Assembly (NCBI GenBank): GCA_020536535.1
Contig: JAHLWZ010000129.1
Coordinates: 1 to 34,247 of the forward strand
Direction: 5' to 3'
Length of the DNA stretch: 34,247 nt
Source of the DNA: Pelomyxa schiedti
Taxonomy: Eukaryota; Protista; Evosea
Both the position numbers and the translations under genes were made by a program. Positions 12,501 through 22,695 of the stretch are shown one piece after another. Each line of letters opens with the position of its first letter. Positions within the stretch are counted from its first letter, which is position 1. The notes under the pieces are model-generated. The model did no database searches, was not told the DNA's origin, and saw nothing but the letters and a program-made list of their open reading frames with translations.

Positions 12501-12967
12501 GGTTGTTCTTTCTCTTGTGTCAGTTCTTTCTGTTGTTCTTCCGTTGGTACTGGCTTCTCCAAAACCTCAGCAGGTGTAGTAGTACTTACACCACAGGAGA
12601 CTACAGGCTCAGCTTCCTGTATTTCCTTTATTGCAGGTGTTTCACCCAAAACTTCACCCTGCTCCAATTCCTTATCCTCTGGTTTCTCATCAATTATTTC
12701 TTGATTTTGTTGTTGCTGTGGTATTACTTGTTGTTGTTCTTGATTTTCTGTGTGTGTAGTATCAGTCAATGCTGGTGTTTCTTGTTGTTGAACTTGTTTT
12801 ATTGATGGTTGGTGGTGAGGGACGTCGGTGGTGGGTGTTGGTTGCGGAGAAGCAATTATGGGTTGTTGCTCGCGTTTGTCTTCGACGTCGGCGTCGCCGA
12901 ACGAGAGCAGCGCCGAAAAAAGCGGAACGTCGAAACTAAACTCAAAGTCCCCGAACCCAAAGTCCAT
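9519..12967 (-). CDS. Actin-related protein with long Glu/Gln- and Pro-rich N-terminal extension
   Basis: Actin motifs IVVDTGSSYVK, LLTELP, GLVVDCG, KLKESVCYVAL, YTLPDG, ERFLCPE, VLVGGSTLF, RKYLAWFGGSVLA. The large exon ORF 11306-12967 joins in frame through two short GT-AG introns (...GGLVP|STHAAQVRVPRKA|VPRMTPIVVDTG). Confidence 0.88.
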
Positions 12968-13139
12968 GTTGTAAGGCTATTTGGTTTGGTTTGTTTGTGA
13001 CGGTGGTGTTGTCTGTCGGTATGTGGTGCTTATTAAGTGTGGTGTTACTTCCTTGGTTTTTTTTCTCCCGCTGTCGCGTTCTGTGTAGGAAAAAATTCGT
13101 TGTTACGGCTTCTCAAAAAAACTGACCAGGAGAGGCAAT

Positions 13140-13380
13140 TTTAGTTTGTGGAGGGCGCTCTGAGTCTGGAGGACATATTGCGGATTCCCGATGCAAACCC
13201 ACACTGCACTGTGGTTTCCAGATTGCGGGGAAAAAAAGTGGGGTTCTGTGTCTGAAGCAGCCCTTTGAGTACCCTTGCAAGATGACCAGTAGAACCGTTA
13301 ATTGAGTTCATTAGGGCCATCTTACCGGATACAGCAAGGGTCATACTGGGGCAGTGCTAAATCACTCACTACTTTACAAT
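13140..13380 (-). ncRNA. Candidate structured ncRNA, unidentified
   Basis: Nested stems ACCCTTGC/GCAAGGGT, AAGATGGCC/GGTCATCTT and GAACT/GGTTC, whose G-U pairs form only on the minus strand; ACCCACAA element 60 nt upstream; no credible ORF. Confidence 0.35.
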
Positions 13381-13455
13381 TCAGACAAGGGCTACAAGGT
13401 AAAAAAGGTACATTTCTTCTTGTGGAGGGAAATTGTGGGTTACTCCCTTGGAAAA

Positions 13456-13476
13456 CTAAACTAAACTAAACTAAAC
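13456..13476 (+). repeat. (CTAAA)n microsatellite
   Basis: ctaaactaaactaaactaaac. Confidence 0.85.
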
Positions 13477-13637
13477 CCCCAAGAAGAGCATCAGGCAGTA
13501 ATCTTCAATGAATTGACTCTCTGGGTGTGTGAGATTCTGTTGGTGATGTGGTACCTGCACTTGCGGCACAGGACTAAAAACGAGATGATTCAGTCTGCTC
13601 TGATTGACAGGAAACAGTCAACATCACCAGTATCACC

Positions 13638-13695
13638 AGAAAGAAAAGAAAGAAAAGAAAAGAAAAGAAAAGAAAAGAAAAGAAAAGAAAAGAAA
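13638..13695 (+). repeat. (AAAAG)n microsatellite
   Basis: Direct run of gaaaa units downstream of alpha-SNAP. Confidence 0.95.
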
Positions 13696-13772
13696 TTTGG
13701 AAAAGGTATGTTGTTGTCTACAATTCACACTATTTCGTGTGATAGTTGCTATGTAATGTAGTGGGGGAGTCC

Positions 13773-15130
13773 TTAGGTGAGTGATTCTCCTTCTTGGGCC
13801 TTGATGTGGTTCTTTACACGGAGGAGGAGAGTGGTTTGCCATGGGGTCAGCTTGATAACGGTATCATGCTCCACTATGGCGGAGGTGAAGGCGTCGGAAT
13901 CATAGTTTTCATATGCTTCAATGAGTGCCTGGATAGAAATATAAGTGCGGAGGACTACAAAAAGTATTGCGGGATAAAGGGCACTTACAGTGAGAAGTTT
14001 GTTATCACGCTGGGAGGAAAATGAAACATCAAGTTCTTGGTATTGTTCAAGGGCTCTTCTGGCACCCACAGTGTCCTTTTAAAGAGTGAGTGAATATGTT
14101 AAGGTTGAGTGTTATGGTTGAACGTACTCCTTTTGCCATGTGGCAAATAACAGCCTTGGTAAAGTGATCCTTGGCACCCCACTTCAACAAATTATTTTCC
14201 AGGCACTGCCTTCCAATCTGCAGAGGAGCTTAAGAAACGAGATATCATTAATGTAGGAAAAATAACAACCTTATCAAAAATCTCTATGGCTCTATCATAC
14301 CGCTCTAGTTGGGAACAAAAAGTGGCTACTTTTCCAAGGCACTGTGATGACCGGCTACAGGTGCTAAGAACAAAAAAGCCTGAGAGGAGAAGCAACCTGC
14401 TAGAATTGTCACCGTCAAAGAGATCAGCTGCTTTCTCGTATGCAGTAATTGCGTTTTCAATATCGTTTTCTGCTTCATAAATTTCGGCGAGTTCCTGAAA
14501 TGTGTAAGAGACCACACAAAGATGAGAAGGCAAACCTGCTGGTGCCGTGCAGCAATGGAGAATCTGCCTTCATCAACCAGAATTTCAATGGCACGGACGA
14601 ATGCCCTTGATGCATCTTATGTCGATTAGCCCAATGTGTTTGAGTAGCAAAGGGTTTACCTGGGCTTTTAGTTTTTTTGTAGCAGCCAGCAGCGTTAACG
14701 AGTTGTGTGGCGGCTTCATATTTGTTGTTTATGCGAAGTTGGCAGTCCGCAGCCCTATCATAGGCTTGTCCAGCTTCGTCCCCTGTTAATAAGGCAGCGT
14801 GAGTGGCTGAGTTTTAGTACATAATTTAGCAACATACAGGACTTGGCCACCTTGAACAAATTACCAGCTTTACTGAACAATTCAGAAGCCTCTTCAAACT
14901 TTCCATTTCCACCAAACCATGAATTCTGCAAACGGGTCAGGGAAAACACAAAAAAAAAAAGGAGTGTGTACACATAAGTGGTAAAAACTGTTGTAAGAAA
15001 GAAAAAAAAAAGAAAAAAAAAGGCGGCCCATAATGATAATGGCGCAAACCATTTTCTTCGTTGCTTGTGCGCACATTTCCCTAGCACGTTGCACCTCACG
15101 CGGTTCTCCGCCACTTGTCGCCGTCGCCAT
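13773..15130 (-). CDS. SEC17: Alpha-soluble NSF attachment protein (alpha-SNAP / Sec17)
   Basis: SWFGGNGKFEEASELFSKAGNLFKVAK, ELAEIYEAENDIENAITAYEKAADLF, LERYDRAIEIFD, LLKWGAKDHF, ARRALEQYQELDVSFSSQRD, LTPWQTTLLLRVK across short introns. Confidence 0.95.
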
Positions 15131-15490
15131 AATGCCAACTTCTAGATCCTGCTTGTTCTCGCAGTTCTTTTTTTCTTTTTTGAAGTTCATCAGCTGTTTT
15201 CTTTTTCGTCTCTGAAGGCGACAGGCAGCTCAGGGTGTATTTTTAAAGGCCAAATTTCCCCCAATCTGACAACGTAAGTACCCGTTCCCAGAAACCCCCC
15301 AGGGTGGTGTTGAGAATGTTTGGGACATTGGGTGATGACAGACACACCACCACACAATGGAATAAGAATTGGTCTGTCCAGTCTCAGAGTCCCAGTCTGG
15401 GCCTGGGTTGGTTTTCTGGTAAAAACCGTGAACGAGCTCGAGTCGGTGTGCCGCTGACAATTCAACGTCTAGCAGTTGCTGTCCCATAAT

Positions 15491-18080
15491 ATGCAACCAC
15501 CACAACAGCTGGTCCAGCTGCAACCGCAGTCACCCTCGCCGTCGCCGTCGATGCTTGCGGCAATTGTGGGAGGAGGCGGAGGGGGAGGGAGTAGCAACAA
15601 ATCCGAGTGGAAAGCACGAGTTCTAAAGGGGAACGCAGATTTGTTGGAATTACGGGAGAGAATAAGACCCCTGCTGCCTCCTTCAAAGTCGAGTTCTAAT
15701 GCTAATGCTAACGCAAATTCTACTGGTAAAAATGTGTATCTGTATTAGTTGTGTTATATGCATGGGGTTCTTTTTTTTTGTGTTCATGGATGGGTATGCA
15801 TTGTTTACAAGTTGGATGTGAGGCTGTAGTGATGTTCGCTGGTGTATCTGTCGATTTGAGAGTAACTAATGCCTTGGTTTGTAATGTACAGGCCCAACTA
15901 TTGTGGGGTCGTTTGGAAGGGATCACTTGCACACAGCGAAAACTGAAAGTAGAGATGTACTGCCTCCTCACGTTGTTATTCAGCTAATCCTCCAATATCT
16001 TCAAGAAGAGGGGGTATGCGTGTGCACTTTGTCAATGCCCAGGCTTCTAACTTTTGGCGCACAGCTTCTGCAGTCCCGTGACACGCTCCTCCGTGAAATA
16101 TTTCATTCAATTCCCGATATCGTTGCTGGCCTGGGCCTATCTAACCTTGAGCAAAGCCGTGATTGGGCGCCTGAGGGTATATACTCTCACGCTATTATGC
16201 CTTTGTTATATGCTGGAATCAAGGATAAAAAAGACCTCTTTGCACCACTTCCTTGTGTGTTCCATCTAGCATTGGCTTTCCCTCCCATGCACTGTCTCAC
16301 ATTCCTCATAGCTCAAACTGAAGAAGATGCTGAGGTTGAAGCTTTCGAGTCCTTCACAAGTAATTTTGATGATGAAGGTATGAGTGTCACTCTGCTACTC
16401 TTTTCCTTAGGCTTGAAACAGCGGAGGAAGAGGATACAAATATATGGAATGAGCCACGACAAGAAGGAGTAAACGTAATCCTCCGGCCAACACGTGAAGA
16501 ACATTGCACTACAGTCATTGCCGGAACCATCAACCAGTTTGTGTGCATGCTAACTGAACTTGGTTCTGGTATATTCCGGTTTCTCTGTCATCACTTTTTC
16601 TTTCACCCTAACTGGCGTTAGACCGAGATATGCTATTTCAAAAGATTTTCTTTGGTATCTACCCTATGTTCATAACTCCTGATCGGCTTCTCTCCAAGTT
16701 GTTGCAAAGGTATCTCTTGAGCTTTGGAGTTTATCTCATTTCCCTCAAGGTATCAGGTACCTGAAGGAAGAGAATCCGAGCAAGAGGTCACCACTCTGAC
16801 TCTGGCACTTCTTAGATATTGGATTGAACACCATTACGAAGATTTTACTGAGTCCATGAGGAGGCAGTTGACAAATTTCCTAAAAACAGCATCCGAAACG
16901 GACTACACTCAAATAAATGTGGCCTTCACAAAGATGGTAGTATTGTAGAGTTCCCATCATATGAATTGAATTGCTCCAGGAAAGTTCACATGAAGAAGAC
17001 AACTTTTTTGGCTTTTCGACCACCCCCGAACCGCCCAGCCCAAAGGTGCATTTCCTTACACCAAGTGTCTTACATAATTGGTCTTGTAGGTCCCGAAGAT
17101 TATTTTTTCATCCAAGCTAACACTGGAGGATGTTGATGCATCTTGCCCGGAACAAATTATTCACCAGTTGTGTTTGATTGATTACCAACTTTTTGAGAAA
17201 ATCAAGGTGCTCCCCTTCTTTCTCCATTTTCCTACAAACACTGTTTAGCCCAAGGAGTTTTTCCGAAGAGCATGGATAAGATGTCCACACAAATCTCCCA
17301 ATGTTGTGGCTCTGTTGCGAAGATTTAACACCTTTTCGCGGTGGGTGGCAAAGTGCATACTTGATGGTCACTGGCCAGACCCCGATGAACCAAACAGGGT
17401 TTCCACCCATGCAGATAGGGCCCGCATGTTAAGTGTGTTCTTACGAATTTCTGATGTAAGTTTTCCTTGCCACAATGATCCTCTGATCAACAATAGAATT
17501 TACGAAATGCAAATAACTTTTTCTCCTCGATGGCCATTTTTGCAGCTATTATGTCCGAACCGGTATTTAAGGCACTGCACATTGAATTGCCGTCTCAGTC
17601 TGGAGGCGCTGCAGACCCCACACTGCAGGCACTATGCAGTTTGTTCTCCGCGCAAGGAAACTATGTCAAGTAATTCTTTCCATTTTAGTCCGTATCTCAC
17701 AATACATAGGTACCGACAAGCCATGCTTTCAGCAAAAGCTCCCTCTATTCCCTATCTTGGGGTACACCTTCAGGACTTAGTAAATATTGAAGAGGGGATG
17801 CCAACAAAACTCCGGGTACGCACCACAAACCATATAAATGAAAATAACCATAGCTTTTTGACAGGGAATGATCAACTTCCACCAATGTGTGAGAACATTT
17901 TCGCTTGTTACCGACCTTCTTCTGTGGCAAAAGGTGAGGTACAATTTGCAAGTAATAGAGCAAATAGCTGTACTTCTGCGGGACATTGACATCCCTGACA
18001 CCACCGCATTTGACAAGTCACTACTTGATAAATGTGCTGCTATACAACGCGACGAGCCACCATCACCCTCTGCATCCTAG
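15491..18080 (+). CDS. Ras guanine nucleotide exchange factor (LisH-like + REM + CDC25)
   Basis: VVIQLILQYLQEEG (LisH-like); IAGTINQFV, FITPDRLLSKLLQRY, LRYWIEHHYEDF (REM); QLCLIDYQLFEKI, SPNVVALLRRFNTFSRWVA, PSIPYLGVHLQDLVNIEEG, INFHQC (CDC25). Same layout as Dictyostelium GefA-type GEFs. Confidence 0.92.
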
Positions 18081-18457
18081 TGCTTAATACCTTACTCTTT
18101 AATAAATACCTAAGAGCAATGGAATCCACATTCTAGTGACAAACACCAAACCAACGCTTAGAACCTATGGAATTGATCATCAAATTTCTATTTCTTCTAA
18201 ACCCTTCAAGGCGCTTTTTTTCTATTTTGAAATTAAATTGCCTGTCAAAACGACATGAGTGCCCTGCACGGTTCGGTTTTTTATGGTCTTCAAAGACACG
18301 TTGGTCTTGGCAACAAACCGAACCAAAAAATACAGGACGCACACAGCTAGGCAACGACGACGTGCTTGTGGAGCGGTGACACGGATCTAGATCGTCTTTG
18401 TTTTTTGTGCGGGGCCACTACGTTTGTAATACTGTATTTGAGATCTGCGTCGCCACC

Positions 18458-19776
18458 ATGTCGTGTGCAGTAAGTGGTGCACAACTGCCTCCGGAACAGA
18501 CGTCTGCGAGAAAAAAAGATACTGCTGGATCTGGTGTGATTTCCTGCGCTCCGCCTAGCAGTCGGGCACCAACGGTTTTCTTGCCAGAGCAGTGCATTTG
18601 TACATTGTGCAAGAGAGGGCCTCCTATGTCAATATCTCGTGATTCTCCAACTTGGTATGTCCTTTTGAGTGCAGTTCCTTTTTTTTAAATCGTGTGAAAG
18701 GGCGTCAATATGTACTCTTATATTATATTGCCTTTGGCGGGACTTCCGGAAGTCAGATCCCAAGAACAGATTCTTTTCCCTTTCGGATATGTACGCCTTT
18801 ATTGACCGGCACTGGGATGCCTGTGGCCTGAAGAAAAAGTATCTTATCTACTACAGTTTGGAAGTATTAACAGTCTTTAGGAGTAATACCCCTTTATATC
18901 AATGATGAAGTTTGTAACAGTGTATTGTAGTTACTACTTTTCCTGTGGACAAGCAAGACCCAAAGAAATGGAGAAAGCAACTTCAGGATGCCTTATCTCA
19001 CAACCGAACGCTATTTAAAAAAGATGAAAATACCAGCACAGAGTTCAAGGGTACTTTGTCTGAGATTTGTCACCTTTCTTACCCAAAACAGTTCTTCCAT
19101 CGATGCAAGGCGTCTGGGGTCTGAATTGTGAAGGTTTTAGTTCTATCTCCAAGTTCGCCTTTGACTTGAAGTAGACCCTGAGCGCCTAAGCCCTTACTCT
19201 GATCCCGGTACCAAGAACACAGAACCTCAGCAGCCTGTCAAACGCGCCCACCCAGAACACACCGGTGGAAATCACAACCCATCAGCTACCTCCGCTGTAT
19301 CTGGGCCTGAACCGCCTCATTTGCGCCTCAGTACAACAGCACCCAAGAAGGCCAAAGTGGGGGGAACCCCAACCGGAACCCCGCCATGCCGCACCCCAAC
19401 ACCGCAAACACACCCCCAAACACCCTGCACTGCCTCAAGTACTCTCACTCACCGCCCACTTCTGGAACTGCTGGAACATATTATTACCCGCCCTCCGGCT
19501 GAAATAAAACCACAGCCACAAACTCCACCACGAGCGCAAGTGCATCCACAGACACAGACACAGACCCAACAATTGCCGGCAACTACAACCATAAACACAG
19601 TTCAGGCACCACTACCACTCAAGCCCAGAACCACCACAAATCAAGTGCAACGTCTCAAGCAGCTTCTGGGCCGCAAGCAGGCAATGAGGCTGAGGCAGAT
19701 CGACTCATTGCTCTTTGACATCAATTTTGCTCTGTCCCTTGTGGCGGAATTGAGAACAAAAACAAGAAGGACTTAG
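18458..19776 (+). CDS. Cys-knuckle + ASH2L/Polycomb-like winged-helix domain protein with Pro/Thr/Gln-rich tail
   Basis: gccaccATG start; spliced CICTLCKRGPP...PTWASICTLILYCLW...FFSLSDMYAFIDRHWD...KWRKQLQDALSHNRTLF...GVWGL; basic PKKAK motif. Confidence 0.7.
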
Positions 19777-20004
19777 TGCTTTGTTTGTATGAGCAGCAAT
19801 ACCACGTATAATTTCGAGGAAAAACAAACAGCTTTCACAACGACACGCACTGACCTCCGTAAAACAAACACCTTACAAAATACCACAACGGTGTGCGCAC
19901 CCTCACAACCCCGAAGCCACCGGAGTCCACATGATTATTAGAGCCAACCAGCAACAAAACACCAAGGCCTCGGCGTGGATGCCGTTTTTTTTTGTTTCAA
20001 GAGA

Positions 20005-20137
20005 CGAGAGAGGCCGAAGCCTCCCTCAATGAAAAAATACGTGATCAAAGCGCATTTGATGACGACCAGGAGCACGGTTGCTCATTAGTAAAAGGCGAAT
20101 GACAAAAACGTGATGCGCCTGGCCCTGCGCCGGTGAT
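20005..20137 (-). ncRNA. U5: U5 spliceosomal snRNA
   Basis: Invariant loop I CGCCUUUUACU (20097-20087) closed by UCAUU/AAUGA; CCG internal loop; long stem (GCCAGG/CCUGGU, GCGCA/UGCGC); Sm-like AUUUUUU; 3' GAGGGAGGC-UUCG-GCCUCUCUC hairpin. Confidence 0.95.
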
Positions 20138-20163
20138 TTTGGTTGACACCTCCCGCTGTCGGT

Positions 20164-20199
20164 CTTTATACCCCCCAAGAATTGGGTAATATTATGGGA
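20164..20199 (-). promoter_or_regulatory. U5 promoter: TCCCATAA upstream element (-62) and TATAAAG (-33)
   Basis: Same motif and similar spacing upstream of U2; matches the Dictyostelium upstream sequence element consensus WCCCAYAA. Confidence 0.8.
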
Positions 20200-20229
20200 C
20201 ACTGGTCATTTTTCCCCGAACGAAACGTA

Positions 20230-20326
20230 ACGTGGCTGAATAAAATAATCAACAGACCGGAACGCTGTACTTTTCGTTCCCGTCGCTCAGGATCGGTGGT
20301 CTGGTGTTTTTTTTATTCAGCCACGT
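20230..20326. mobile_element. Small ACGT-terminal inverted-repeat element (putative MITE)
   Basis: ACGTGGCTGAATAAAA...TTTTATTCAGCCACGT perfect 16-bp IR extending imperfectly to 29 bp; TA on the left flank only; 20-nt exact match at 25552-25571. Confidence 0.65.
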
Positions 20327-20406
20327 GAAGCTTGATTTGAAAAACAAATCACGGGGTAGTGGTGTGGCATTCGATTTGGTGCATCTCACTTCGTAATGTG
20401 CTGTGA

Positions 20407-20676
20407 TCACAGTATGGTGGTGGTTCCCCCAGGTACAACTGGTTTGTCTTTGTATTTGTCCTTGACGAGGGCAGCCACGCCGGCCAGTGATATGCACCGG
20501 TGCACCTCGACCACACTGAGGCTGATCCCAAACGTGTGTTGCAGCTGCGCCACCATCTCGTCCATGAGGCCAGAGTCGATGCCGAGAGCCTGCATGTGCA
20601 GGTCCAGGGTTACCACTTGCTTGTCCATCACAAGCAGACGGCTCACGAGCTCAATCAACCTCTCCTCAACGCTCAT
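20407..20676 (-). CDS. Stand-alone acyl carrier protein (phosphopantetheine-binding domain)
   Basis: 89 aa, intronless; MSVEERLIELVSRLL helix 1, LGIDS attachment motif, MVAQLQHTFGISL helix 2. Confidence 0.85.
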   Translation of the reverse strand: MSVEERLIELVSRLLVMDKQVVTLDLHMQALGIDSGLMDEMVAQLQHTFGISLSVVEVHRCISLAGVAALVKDKYKDKPVVPGGTTTIL

Positions 20677-20842
20677 TTTTCTTTTTTGTTTTAAAGTTAG
20701 TTGTTTGGTTAGGTTGAAGAGAGAACGGTTTGCAAAGCAAGGAGCAGGGAGGAATCTTCGTCGGAACGGTCATGTCCCTTTTCCTTTCCCAGATTCTCAA
20801 GACACACACTTGGACTCCAGATTTTGTTTTTGACTTTATAAA

Positions 20843-21058
20843 GTGGGGGCTGACCACACGAGGCGGCAGTGCAGTGCCTGGGCAATCAGGAGGGCACCCA
20901 AGTTGGCGGCGGAGCAAGCCCCACCGCCAACCAGGCACCCCCAACAACCCCACAAAAAATAAGATTAATATCGATGCTGCCCAATGGGCAGCTTTCAGAT
21001 ATTAAGCTGAAAAGAACAGATACTACACTTGATCTTAGCCAAAAGGCCGAGAAGGTAT
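20843..21058 (-). ncRNA. U2: U2 spliceosomal snRNA
   Basis: AUACCUUCUCGGCCUUUUGGCUAAGAUCAAGUGUAGUAUCUGUUCU, the near-invariant U2 5' end with the GUAGUA branch-pairing sequence; stems IIa and IIb; Sm site AUUUUUUG at 20960-20953; 3' end approximate. Confidence 0.98.
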
Positions 21059-21109
21059 GAGGTGTTACTCCATCAGCAAGGCGCTTAAAAATGAGTCCGC
21101 TCAAACAGG

Positions 21110-21117
21110 TTATGGGA
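21110..21117 (-). promoter_or_regulatory. U2 upstream element TCCCATAA (-59)
   Basis: Identical octamer to the U5 upstream element at equivalent distance. Confidence 0.8.
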
Positions 21118-21191
21118 CGAAATAATTCGGCGAATAACTTGGAAGGCTTAGACCATGGGCTTTGAAACAAACAAGCATAGAAACACAGAAA

Positions 21192-22487
21192 TCACAGGGA
21201 TTCAAAATCCCCACGCACACAAAGAAGTATTTTTTCACATGTGGCCTGTATTTGTTGTGTGGATGATATTGTGGGTTTCCCGTCAAACCAGGAAGCCAAC
21301 GAAGGAATATTGTCACAGAGAAGCAAGTGGTTGCCCCCAACAATTTTGGTGTATTTCCGCACATAGTTGCTCTTGTACTTCTCCATCTGGTTCCAGATAA
21401 CTTCGAATTGTTAGTGTTAGGCAGTCGCTATCGAGAGGAAATAATCACTTACGGGTAGGTCCTTTTGATGCTGGAACAAAGTGATCCTGTGTTGCTTCAA
21501 CAAGCACAACATTGCACTGAATATTTTGGAGTGCCGGCACAACACTGGGCATGACCAAGCTGGGTGAGGTATCGCAAGGAGAGACAGCGATAATACTTTG
21601 AACCCTTGGTAAATGTTCCAGGCCGACAGCACCCTCAACCTGCATTGCAGTTGAACTATCGGGTTTAAAAGAGAGATTCGTTGCTGCAAGCAATGACACA
21701 GCACCACCAAGAGAATGACCAGCAAGGTGAATGCTTGCCTTATTCACAAGGGTATCGAACTGCTTTACCGCCCTGCAAGGGGGAGGATGAACACACAGGA
21801 ATAAATGCAGGAACCTACCAGACCAAAGTGTGTAGAATCGCCAATCCATACTCAGTGTGGTTCGGGAAAATTCCAGTGCATGCATCGCACGCAACAACAA
21901 TGACACCACTTGATGCAACCATACGTAACAGGCTGTCATAGTTCTATTGTTCAATAATATTAGATCCCATGCGAGCGCACAAGATACAGTATAGTGAGAG
22001 GAGGGAACACATTATGAAATCAAGACAGGAACGCACCAACAGCGCGCAACATAAACTTAAATTACTTGGTGAATAACAATTTGAATTCAATGAGGTTATT
22101 ATTATTTCATATTCAGGCAACACACTGAATTCAAATTCAAATTCAAATTGGCAACTTGCACACACCCGGGAAGTGGCCTGCCACCCGTGCCCAAATATGA
22201 CCAATGGGTACTGATCACTACCGTGTTGGTTCTCGGCGCCAGTCGCCTCGTCGGCGGCCGCCGTAGACGGCGTGGCGAGTGCAGTTGCAATTATTGCACC
22301 TGGAGGCGTGTGCACGACGACTGGGAATGGCTTGTTGCCCCCCGTTGGCGTCACAACGTAGCTGGGCTGTGAATATGCCAAATATGTGTGTTGCAATCAT
22401 AATTATGTTATGACTGCGGCGTTACGAATTCGTCATTGTGGTTGTTGAAGCAAAACTTACAGCCGCTGCTGGTGTCACTGCTGCCAT
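21192..22487 (-). CDS. Alpha/beta hydrolase (chlorophyllase / dienelactone hydrolase-like)
   Basis: YPLVIFGHGW oxyanion segment, YDSLLRMVASSGVIVVA, nucleophile elbow GHSLGG, acid in QDHFVP, His in GGNHLLLCD; first exon MAAVTPAAA|gtaagt. Confidence 0.88.
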
Positions 22488-22695
22488 CAAACTGTTATTA
22501 TAATAACATCAACTAAATTGTAGGAGCTGAACCACCAAAAAGCACAACGTCAGAGTGCTTTCCCATTCACTTGTGAGGGAAAGAAAAGCCCACCCAAGTG
22601 GGGGAATCGAAGAATTTGCAACAAAAAGGGTTTTTTGTACGATTTTGTGATCGAGGAATTCAAAGAAAGAACAAAACAAAAAACAAAGGCAAACA

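Noticed and set aside
11358-13000. Plus-strand Gly/Val-rich ORFs, and similar antisense ORFs across the window
   Set aside because: Shadows of low-complexity or coding sequence on the opposite strand.
13141-13344. 67-aa minus ORF, and a U17/snR30 identity for this region
   Set aside because: No protein-like features; the m1/m2-like motifs are in the wrong order for U17.
15482-15489. Other WCCCAYAA matches (here, ~7455, ~21270, ~22745)
   Set aside because: They lie in or next to coding sequence with no RNA-like segment 60 nt downstream; expected by chance.
20869-21060. ORF ending ...SDIKLKRTDTTLDLSQKAEK as a conserved small protein
   Set aside because: It is the antisense translation of U2 snRNA.
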